A stretch of 64,000 bases of DNA from Eledone cirrhosa (lineage: Eukaryota), in contig OZ024743.1 of assembly GCA_964016885.1 (NCBI GenBank), positions 42,594,001-42,658,000 of the forward strand, in the 5' to 3' direction. Under the pieces are notes generated by a model that saw only the letters and a list, made by a program, of their open reading frames with translations, did not search any database and was not told where the DNA came from. Of this stretch, positions 47,035-59,300 are shown one piece after another. The position numbers and the translations under genes were made by a program. Numbering within the stretch: the stretch's first letter is position 1; each line of letters starts with the position of its first letter.

Positions 47035-47800
47035 TGAAAATTAGAATTGGTGCTCTGAAATAGCTATATATATATGAATGTATATATAGTGTATTTTGCA
47101 ATACACTGTATGATTAATTAAAAGCATTTCGAAGACCTTATGCTATTGTTTTAGTGTAATGATAGTCTCACTTACTTTAAATTTTCAACAAACAGGGGGA
47201 GATAACTACTCCTCCTGTTTGCTGAAAATCATGGATGTTTGATTCTTATAGAATTCTAGTAAATAATCAGGAACTGATTATACAGAGCGGTTGCCGGTCA
47301 AGCAGAAATTGAAAATTAGAATTGGTGCTCTGAAATAGCTATATATATATATGAATATATATATAGTGTATTTTGCAATACACTGTATGCTTAATTAAAA
47401 GCATTTCGAAGCCCTTATGCTATTGTTTTAGAGTAGTGATAGTCTCACTTAATTTAATGTTCAGCAAACAGGGGAGATAAAGCCGACAGGGCCATGTTTC
47501 GCATTTGTTGATGCTTATCAAGGCTAACTACTCCTCCTGTTTGCTTAAAATCATGGATGTTTTATCCTGATTATTTACTAGAATTCTATAAGAATCAAAC
47601 ATCCATGATTTTCAGCAAACAGGAGGAGTAGTTAGCCTTGATAAGCATCAACAAATGCGAAACATGACCCTCTCGGCTTTATCTCCCATGTTTGCTGAAA
47701 ATTAAAGTAAGTGAGACTATCACTACTCTAAAACAATAGCATAAGGTCTTCGAAATGCTTTTAATTAAGCATACAGTGTATTTCAAAATACACAATATAT
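47035..47800. mobile_element. Retrozyme-like array (~280-315-bp unit, two direct plus one inverted) with U3-A8 hammerheads at 47481-47525(-) and 47634-47678(+)
   Basis: agcc-TTGATAA-gcat caacaa atgc-GAAA-catggccctg-TC-ggct; direct repeats start at 47035 and 47310. Confidence 0.8.
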
Positions 47801-47812
47801 ACATTTATATAC

Positions 47813-47890
<78 letters not shown>

Positions 47891-48325
47891 ATATATATTG
47901 GTAAAAGGAAAAGAAAATGCTGACAAATTGTTCCCTCTTAAAATGATGCAGCTTGATAGGCAGTCTGTTTCATCTGCACGGTAGAGGTACCAGTGTGGCC
48001 TATCTGGTAAGATGTTCGACTTGTCACTAAATCTAAGCTCTGGACAGCAGTAATCCGCATCATACAAATATATATATATATATAAATTACACACATATAC
48101 ACATACACAATACATACATATATACATATAATACATATACATATATATATATAAAATCAGGTTCAATAAAACGTGGTTTTGATGACTCCTAACCAGTAGA
48201 GGATCCGGTTGACCATCCCCCATAGGGACCACAAACTATGGGTGGTTGTTGTTGTACATTGGTCATTGGTACGGGGTGTAGGGGACCTACAGGGTGGGGG
48301 CGTTGTGGGGGGCCTTAACCGGGGT

Positions 48326-48495
48326 TTATCCATATAGCTTGAGGAAAGTTCCCGTTCTTAGGTGTCTGCAGGCACCGAATAAGTCGGCCCTTCTGTTTAA
48401 TAGCTTGGTTCCGCCATGAAGTATCTCGAGTGTTTCACTAAGACAGAGGTTGCAAATACCAGACCCTCCTCTGTCTGGGGGAACCTTTCTAACCT
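48326..48495 (-). pseudogene. C-terminal fragment of a Naiad-like PLE ORF
   Basis: Minus translation VRKVPPDRGGSGICNLCLSETLEILHGGTKLLNRRADLFGACRHLRTGTFLKLYG*. Confidence 0.7.
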
Positions 48496-48664
48496 ACGGA
48501 CCAGACCTAATATATATATATATATATTAGAAAGGAGAAGTAAGGCTCTATACGTAACATTGGTTATAGATAAAAGGTGAATTTGGAAATAGCACGCAAA
48601 ATATATTTTAGGGTGAATTTTCTTATTCCTTTCTTTTATTTGTCAAGGTGGCATTATTGAAAAA

Positions 48665-48722
<58 letters not shown>

Positions 48723-49530
48723 TTGAATATATAAAGGAACAAAGAATCAGTGTTGCATCGTATAAATATCCATTACATATTACACATGTTTCACTGTCGA
48801 TCAGCTCGAGGAATGATCTATTAATGATCGAACCTGTTTTAATGTGCAGGGCCGCGCCTGAGAGTGTACAAATATTTTCCGAAATCCTGTTTATAAGTTA
48901 GCAACATTCTATCATAGTGTTATCCAGCCGCATTTGTTCATTGCTTTAGGTCAGATAACGTCGCGGTAACTTTATAAATTAGCGGCTATACTAACCATCC
49001 TGGTCAAATCGTCCTGCGCATCCACGCACGTCGAACAGTCTGCCTAGCTTCCACTATCACATTGTTTGAAGTCAACATAAGGCAATACGAGAATGCGTTG
49101 GTGGTGAAGAGTAATGGGCGACGGAGTTAAGTTATAGAATATAAAATAAAGGAATAACAACAAAAAACAATCTATGCGATAAGGGTCAATGCTGACTACA
49201 ATATAACAGATGAGACAAAATAAAACAAAATGTGGAAAAAATATATTATAGACATAAAACGACAAAAGCCATACTGATATACATATATATATATGTGTGC
49301 GTACACACATATACACACACATACATACATATGAGCACACACATACATACATATGCTTACACACAAAGACACATACTTACCCTTACGTATATACATATAT
49401 ATACAAACCCACTTATATACAAGTACATATACAAATATTCACTATCCAACGACACATACATACACACGCACACACATATATATCCACACATAGTTAAACA
49501 TACATACACACATACACATACAAACACACC

Positions 49531-49580
<50 letters not shown>

Positions 49581-49584
49581 TATA

Positions 49585-49671
<87 letters not shown>

Positions 49672-50041
49672 CATACATACACACCAGGTGTTAATCTCTC
49701 CCTCCGCTTATGAGAATTTCACACTTGTTATAAACGCGTCAAGAAACGGTGGGTCTCTTGATAAGCCGTATCAACCTCACAGCGATGATGGAGTAATTTC
49801 CTCGGTCCGATTTGACGAAAGTTGATCGACTGTCGATATATATATATATATATATATAAAATGTATAATCCCGACGGGTCTTTGAAGAAAAAATAGGTAT
49901 ATTCTTGTCTATTGTTTCCTCATATTTTGTAATATATATATATATATATATATATAGACAGTCGATCGATTTTCGTCAAATCGGACCGAGGAAACAATGT
50001 TTCCATTGGTCTTTCCAATTGCTAATACAATCTATCGGTCG

Positions 50042-50175
50042 CAACTCCAGGTAAAAGGGGCAACGTGAAATAAAATGTCTTGCCCAATAACTTAACGCAT
50101 CGCCCGGTCCGGGATTCGAACTCACAACCTGACGATTGCGAATACAATTCTCTAACCACTGAACCACACGCCTTC
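50042..50175 (-). mobile_element. tRNA-derived SINE head (second family)
   Basis: Minus strand: ggcgtgtggttcagtggttaga...gtgagttcgaatcccggacc...gggcaagacattttatttcacgttg. Confidence 0.8.
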
Positions 50176-50323
50176 ACACACACACACACATTTTTGCAAC
50201 ACGAATTGGCGCGAAACTTATTTTAATACCTCTGGAGCCACTTTTTTCACATAAAACAGGCAGAATTTCCAAAACTGATCAGATTAGAGCAAACATCACG
50301 GGCGCTCTATCTCAAAATTATTT

Positions 50324-53300
50324 GCCCAATAAAGCCAAAATTGTATCTCAACCTAACGGGAGATAATTACATATAAAGGTTTACATGTATATATATATAA
50401 AGTCATAGATATATATGTGTTTTGCAACGCGTCACTTTGTGACTCAATGAAGAATTAATAAATTAAATAATCAGAGCTATATGTCATTAAACATGCCTAT
50501 AGAACCACTAGATAAAATATATACCGTTTCCTCTCCCAATTAGCATAAGTAACCATATAAAAATTCAATTAGACCAAGCTATAAGAATAAAGCCTCTGAT
50601 GATGAAATCTCCAACACATAACCGAAAGCAGCCCTTAGCAGCGGTTGCGACGGGGTATTTATCGAGTATTTCGACAGCGTGTATAAATCGACCAGATATA
50701 CAGTCAACTAAACAGAATTAGGTGTAAAATAAACTATTAGAAAAGTGAACATATTTAGTTACCTCTACCATGGTTTCGTCCGCATTTTAAGATATCCGAT
50801 AACATTGGAAATCTAGAGTTTCAGACTCTTCAGGCGTTAGCTCAAATTTAGACAGTTAATTTTCCAAAGTTATCGCGCCAAGAATACATTCAAAAATGGC
50901 TAAGAATCGTGACGTGGCATCGGTCAAGTTAGAAAGGATGTGATTAGTTGCTTACTGCTTGTAGGCTTTTGCTAGAAAACGCAGCCCAATAGAGCCAAAA
51001 TTGTATCTCAACCTAACGGGAGATTATTACATATAAAGGTTTACATATATATATATATATATAAAGTCATAGATATATGTGTGTTTTGCGACGGGTCACT
51101 TTCTGGCTCAATGAAGAATTAATAAATTAAATAATCAGAGCTATGTATCATAAAGCATGCCTATAGAATCACCAAATAAAATATATACCGCTTCCTCTCC
51201 CAATTAGCATAATTAACCATATAAAAATTCAATTAGACCAAGCTATAAGAATAAAGGCTCTTATGAAGAAATCACCGACATATAACCGGACGCAGCCCTT
51301 CGCAGCGGCTACGCCGGGGTATTTATCGACTATTTCGACACCGTGTATAAATCGACCAGATATACAGTCAACTAAACAGAATTAGGTGTAAAATAAACTA
51401 GAAGAAAAGTGAACATATTTAGTAACCTCTACCATGGTTTCCTCCTCTTTTTAAGATATCCGATAACATTGGAGATTTAGAGTTTCGGACTATTGAGTAG
51501 TTAGCTCAAATTTAGACAATTAATTATCCCAAGTGATCGCGCCAAGAATACATTGAAAAATGGCTAAGAAACATGAAGTGGCAGCAGTCAAGTTAGAAAG
51601 GATGTGATTAGTTGTTTACTGCTTGTAGGTTTTTTGCTAGAAAGCGCAGCCCAATACAGCCAAAATTGTATCTCAACCTAACGGGAGATTATTACATATA
51701 AAGGTTTACATATATATATAAAGTCATAGATATATATGTGTTTTGCAACAGGTCACTTTGTGGCTCAATGTAGAATTAATAAATTAAATAATCAGAGCTA
51801 TATATCATAAAACATGCCTATAGAATCACCAGATAAAATCTATACCGTTTCCTCTCCCAATTAGCATAATTAACCATATAAAAAATCAATTAGACCAAGC
51901 TATAAGAATAAAGGCTCTTATGAAGAAATCTCCGACAAATAACCGAAAGCAGCCCTTCGCAGCGGTTGCGACGGGGTATTTATCGACTATTTCGACACCA
52001 TATATAAATCTTCCGGATATACAGTCAACTAAGCAGAATTAGGTGTAAAATAAACTAGAAGAAAAGTGAACATATTTTGTTAAGTCTACCATGGTTTCGT
52101 CCGCATTTTAAGATATCCGATAACGTTGGAAATTTAGAGTTACGGACTCTTCAGGAGTTAGCTCAAATTTAGACAATTAATTTTCCAAAGTGATCGCGCC
52201 AAGAATGAATTAAAAAATGGCTAAGAATCGTGACGCGGCAGCGGTCATGTTAGAAAAGATGTGATTAGTTGTTTACTGCTTGTAGGCTTTTTGCTAGAAA
52301 GCGCAGCCCAATACAGCCAAAATTGTATCTCAACCAAACGGGAGATTATTACATATAAAGGTTTACATATATATATAAAGTCATAGATATATATGTGTTT
52401 TGCAACGGGTCACTTTGTGGCTCAATAAAGAATTAATAAATTAAATAATCAGAGCTATATATCATAAAACATGCCTATAGAATCACCAGATAAAATCTAT
52501 ACCGTTTCCTCTCCCAATTAGCATAATTAACCATATAAAAAATCAATTAGACCAAGCTATAAGAATAAAGGCTCTTATGAAGAAATCTCCGACAAATAAC
52601 CGAAAGCAGCCCTTCGCAGCGGTTGCGACGGGGTATTTATCGACTATTTCGACACCATATATAAATCTTCCGGATATACAGTCAACTAAGCAGAATTAGG
52701 TGTAAAATAAACTAGAAGAAAAGTGAACATATTTAGCTACCTGTACCATGGTTTCGTCCGCAGTTTAAGATATCCGATAACATTGGAAATCTAGAATTTC
52801 GGACTCTTCAGGAGTTAACTCAAATTTAGACAATTAATTTTCCAAAGTGATCTCGTCAAGAATACATTCAAACATGGCTAAGAATCATGAAGTGGCATCG
52901 GTCAAGTTAGAAAGGATGTGATTAGGTGTTTAATGCTCGTAGGTTTTTTGCTAGAAAGCACAGACCAATATAGTCAAAATTGTATCTCAACCTAACGGAA
53001 GATTATTACATATAAAGGTTTACATATATATATAAAGTCATAGATATATATGTGTTTTGCAACAGGTCACTTTGTGGCTCAATGAAGAATTAATAAATTA
53101 AATAATCAGAGCTATATATCATAAAACATGCCTATAGAATCACCAGATAAAATCTATACCGTTTCCTCTCCCAACTAGCATAATTAACCATATAAAAAAT
53201 CAATTAGACCAAGCTATAAGAATAAAGGCTCTTATGAAGAAATCTCCGACAAATAACCGAAAGCAGCCCTTCGCAGCGGTTGCGACGGGGTATTTATCGA

Positions 53301-56300
53301 CTATTTCGACACCGTGTATAAATCGACCAGATGTACAGTCAACTAAGCAGAATTAGGTGTAAAATAAACTAGATGAAAAGTGAACATGGTTAGTTACCTC
53401 TACCATGGTTTCCTCCTCTATTTAAGATATCCGATAACATTGGAGATTTAGAGTTTCGGACTCTTCAGGAGTTAGCTCAAATTTAGACAATTAATTACCA
53501 AAGTGATCTCTTTAAGAATGCATTAAAAAATGGCTAAGAAACATGAAGTGGCAGCAGTCAAGTTAGAAAGGATGTGATTAGTTGCTTACTGCTTGTAGGC
53601 TTTTGCTAGAAAACGCAGCCCAATACAGCCAAAATTGTATCTCAACCTAACGGAAGATTATTACATATAAAGGTTTACATATATGTATAAAGTCATAGAT
53701 ATATATGTGTTTTGCAACGGGTCACTTTGTGGCTCAATGAAGAATTAATAAATTAAATAATCAGAGCTATATATCATAAAACATGCCTATAGAATCACTA
53801 TATAAAATCTATACCGTTTCCTCTTCCAATTAGCATAATTAAGCATATAAAAAATCAATTAGACCAAGCTATAAGAATAAAGGCTCTTATGAAGAAATCT
53901 CCGACAAATAACCGAAAGCAGCTATTCGCGGCCGTAGTGACGGGGTATTTATCGAGTAATTCGACAGCGTGTATAAATCGACCAGATATACAGTCAACTT
54001 AAAAGAATTAGGTGTAACATAAACTAGAAGAAAAGTGAACATATTTAGTTACCTCTACCATGGTTTCGTCCGCATTTTAAGATATCCAATAACATTGGAA
54101 ATCTAGAGTTTCGGACTCTTCAGGAGGTAGCTCAAATTTAGACAATTAATTTTGCAAAGTGGTCGCGCCAAGAATACATTAAAAATGTCTAAGAATCGTG
54201 ACGTGGCAGCGATCAAGTTAGAAAGGATGTGATTAGTTGCTTACTGCTTGTAGGTTTTTGCTAGAAAACGCAGCCCAATACAGACAAAATTGTATCTCAA
54301 CCTAACGGCAGATTATTACATATAAAGGTTTACATATATGTATAAAGTCATAGATATATATGTGTTTGCAACGGGTCACTTTGTGGCTCAATGAAGAATT
54401 AATAAATTAAATAATCAGAGCTATGTATCATAAAACATGCCTATAGAATCACCAAATAAAATATATACCGCTTCCTCTCCCAATTAGCATAATTAACCAT
54501 ATAAAAATTCAATTAGACCAAGCTATAAGAATAAAGGCTCTTATGAAGAAATCACCGACATATAACCGGACGCAGCCCTTCGCAGCGGCTACGCCGGGGT
54601 ATTTATCGACTATTTCGACACCGTGTATAAATCGACCAGATATACAGTCAACTAAACAGAATTAGGTGTAAAATAAACTAGAAGAAAAGTGAACATATTT
54701 AGTAACCTCTACCATGGTTTCCTCCTCTTTTTAAGATATCCGATAACATTGGAGATTTAGAGTTTCGGACTATTGAGTAGTTAGCTCAAATTTAGACAAT
54801 TAATTATCCCAAGTGATCGCGCCAAGAATACATTGAAAAATGGCTAAGAAACATGAAGTGGCAGCAGTCAAGTTAGAAAGGATGTGATTAGTTGTTTACT
54901 GCTTGTAGGTTTTTTGCTAGAAAGCGCAGCCCAATACAGCCAAAATTGTATCTCAACCTAACGGGAGATTATTACATATAAAGGTTTACATATATATATA
55001 AAGTCATAGATATATATGTGTTTTGCAACAGGTCACTTTGTGGCTCAATGTAGAATTAATAAATTAAATAATCAGAGCTATATATCATAAAACATGCCTA
55101 TAGAATCACCAGATAAAATCTATACCGTTTCCTCTCCCAATTAGCATAATTAACCATATAAAAAATCAATTAGACCAAGCTATAAGAATAAAGGCTCTTA
55201 TGAAGAAATCACCGAAAAATAACCTGACGCAGCCCTTCGCGTCAGTTGCGACGGGGTATTTATCGACTATTTCGACAGCGTGTATAAATCGACCAGATAT
55301 ACAGTCAACTAAACAGAATTAGGTGAAAAATAAACTAGAAGAAAGTGAACATATTTAGTTACCTCTACCTAGGTTTCGTCCGCATTTTAAGATATCCGAT
55401 AACATTGGAGATTTAGAGTTTCGGACTCTTCAGGAGTTCGCTCAAATTTAGACAATTAATTTTCCAAAGTGATCGCGCCAAGAATACATTCAAAGACGGC
55501 TAAGAATTATGAAGTGGCAGCGGTCAAGTTAGAAAGGATGTGATTAGTTGCTTACTGCTTGTAGGCTTTTGCTAGAAAACGCAGCCCAATACAACCAAAG
55601 TTGTATCTCAACCTAATGGGAGATTATTATATATAAAGGTTTACATATATATATAAAGTCATAGATATATGTGTTTTGCAACGCGTCACTTTGTTGCTCA
55701 ATGAAGAATTAATAAATTAAATATTCAGAGCTAAATATCATAAATCATGCCTATAGAATCACCAAATAAAATATAAACCGTTTATTCTCCCAATTAGCAT
55801 AATTAACCATATAAAAAATCAATTAGACCAAGCTATAAGAATAAAGGGTCTTATGAAGAAATCTCCGACAAATAACCCAAAGCAGCCCTTCGCAGCGGTT
55901 GCGACGGGGTATTTATCGACTAGTTCGACACCGTGTATAAATCGTCCAGATATACAGTCAACTAAACAGAATTATGTGTAAAATAAACTAGAAGAAAAGT
56001 GAACATATTTATTTAACCTCTACCATGGTTTCTTCCGCATTTTAAGATATCCAATAACATTGGAAATCTAGAGTTTCGGACTCTTCAGGAGTTAGTTCAA
56101 ATTTAGACAATTAATTTTCCAAAGTAATCGGGCCAAGAATACATTCAAACATGGCTAAGACTCGTGAGGTGGCTGCGGTCAAGTTAGAAAGGATGTGATT
56201 AGTTGCTTACTGCTTGTAGGCATTTTGCTAGAAAGCGCAGCATAATAAAGCCATAATTGTATCTCAACCTACCGGGAGATTATTACATATAAAGGTTTAA

Positions 56301-59300
56301 ATAAATATATAAAGTCATAGATATATATGTGTTTAGCAAGGGTTCACTTTGAGGATCAATGAAGAACTAAGAAATTAAATAATCAGAGCTATATATCAGA
56401 AAACATGCTGATAGAATCACCAGATAAAATATAAACCGTTTCCTCTCCCAATTAGCATAATTAACCATATAAAAAAATCAATTAGACCATGCTATAAGAA
56501 GAAAGGCTCTTATGAAGAAATCTCCGACAAATAACCGAAAGCAGCCCTTCGCAGCGGTTGCGACGGGGTATTTATCGACTATTTCGACACCATATATAAA
56601 TCTTCCGGATATACAGTCAACTAAGCAGAATTAGGTGTAAAATAAACTAGAAGAAAAGTGAACATATTTAGCTACCTCTACCATGGTTTCGTCCGCAGTT
56701 TAAGATATCCGATAACATTGGAAATCTAGAATTTCGGACTCTTCAGGAGTTAACTCAAATTTAGACAATTAATTTTCCAAAGTGATCTCGTCAAGAATAC
56801 ATTCAAACATGGCTAAGAATCATGAAGTGGCATCGGTCAAGTTAGAAAGGATGTGATTAGGTGTTTAATGCTCGTAGGTTTTTTGCTAGAAAGCACAGAC
56901 CAATATAGTCAAAATTGTATCTCAACCTAACGGAAGATTATTACATATAAAGGTTTACATATATATATAAAGTCATAGATATATATGTGTTTTGCAACAG
57001 GTCACTTTGTGGCTCAATGAAGAATTAATAAATTAAATAATCAGAGCTATATATCATAAAACATGCCTATAGAATCACCAGATAAAATCTATACCGTTTC
57101 CTCTCCCAACTAGCATAATTAACCATATAAAAAATCAATTAGACCAAGCTATAAGAATAAAGGCTCTTATGAAGAAATCTCCGACAAATAACCGAAAGCA
57201 GCCCTTCGCAGCGGTTGCGACGGGGTATTTATCGACTATTTCGACACCGTGTATAAATCGACCAGATGTACAGTCAACTAAGCAGAATTAGGTGTAAAAT
57301 AAACTAGATGAAAAGTGAACATGGTTAGTTACCTCTACCATGGTTTCCTCCTCTATTTAAGATATCCGATAACATTGGAGATTTAGAGTTTCGGACTCTT
57401 CAGGAGTTAGCTCAAATTTAGACAATTAATTTTCCAAAGTGATCTCTTTAAGAATGCATTAAAAAATGGCTAAGAAACATGAAGTGGCAGCAGTCAAGTT
57501 AGAAAGGATGTGATTAGTTGCTTACTGCTTGTAGGCTTTTGCTAGAAAACGCAGCCCAATACAGCCAAAATTGTATCTCAACCTAACGGAAGATTATTAC
57601 ATATAAAGGTTTACATATATGTATAAAGTCATAGATATATATGTGTTTTGCAACGGGTCACTTTGTGGCTCAATGAAGAATTAATAAATTAAATAATCAG
57701 AGCTATATATCATAAAACATGCCTATAGAATCACTATATAAAATCTATACCGTTTCCTCTTCCAATTAGCATAATTAAGCATATAAAAAATCAATTAGAC
57801 CAAGCTATAAGAATAAAGGCTCTTATGAAGAAATCTCCGACAAATAACCGAAAGCAGCTATTCGCGGCCGTAGTGACGGGGTATTTATCGAGTAATTCGA
57901 CAGCGTGTATAAATCGACCAGATATACAGTCAACTTAAAAGAATTAGGTGTAACATAAACTAGAAGAAAAGTGAACATATTTAGTTACCTCTACCATGGT
58001 TTCGTCCGCATTTTAAGATATCCAATAACATTGGAAATCTAGAGTTTCGGACTCTTCAGGAGGTAGCTCAAATTTAGACAATTAATTTTGCAAAGTGGTC
58101 GCGCCAAGAATACATTAAAAATGTCTAAGAATCGTGACGTGGCAGCGATCAAGTTAGAAAGGATGTGATTAGTTGCTTACTGCTTGTAGGCTTTTGCTAG
58201 AAAACGCAGCCCAATACAGACAAAATTGTATCTCAACCTAACGGCAGATTATTACATATAAAGGTTTACATATATGTATAAAGTCATAGATATATATGTG
58301 TTTGCAACGGGTCACTTTGTGGCTCAATGAAGAATTAATAAATTAAATAATCAGAGCTATGTATCATAAAACATGCCTATAGAATCACCAAATAAAATAT
58401 ATACCGCTTCCTCTCCCAATTAGCATAATTAACCATATAAAAATTCAATTAGACCAAGCTATAAGAATAAAGGCTCTTATGAAGAAATCACCGACATATA
58501 ACCGGACGCAGCCCTTCGCAGCGGCTACGCCGGGGTATTTATCGACTATTTCGACACCGTGTATAAATCGACCAGATATACAGTCAACTAAACAGAATTA
58601 GGTGTAAAATAAACTAGAAGAAAAGTGAACATATTTAGTAACCTCTACCATGGTTTCCTCCTCTTTTTAAGATATCCGATAACATTGGAGATTTAGAGTT
58701 TCGGACTATTGAGTAGTTAGCTCAAATTTAGACAATTAATTATCCCAAGTGATCGCGCCAAGAATACATTGAAAAATGGCTAAGAAACATGAAGTGGCAG
58801 CAGTCAAGTTAGAAAGGATGTGATTAGTTGTTTACTGCTTGTAGGTTTTTTGCTAGAAAGCGCAGCCCAATACAGCCAAAATTGTATCTCAACCTAACGG
58901 GAGATTATTACATATAAAGGTTTACATATATATATAAAGTCATAGATATATATGTGTTTTGCAACAGGTCACTTTGTGGCTCAATGTAGAATTAATAAAT
59001 TAAATAATCAGAGCTATATATCATAAAACATGCCTATAGAATCACCAGATAAAATCTATACCGTTTCCTCTCCCAATTAGCATAATTAACCATATAAAAA
59101 ATCAATTAGACCAAGCTATAAGAATAAAGGCTCTTATGAAGAAATCACCGAAAAATAACCTGACGCAGCCCTTCGCGTCAGTTGCGACGGGGTATTTATC
59201 GACTATTTCGACAGCGTGTATAAATCGACCAGATATACAGTCAACTAAACAGAATTAGGTGAAAAATAAACTAGAAGAAAGTGAACATATTTAGTTACCT

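Noticed and set aside
50596-50630. Plus-strand CTGATGA...GAAA in the first satellite monomer
   Set aside because: Other monomers read CTTATGA, and no stem II or UH/stem I closure is possible.
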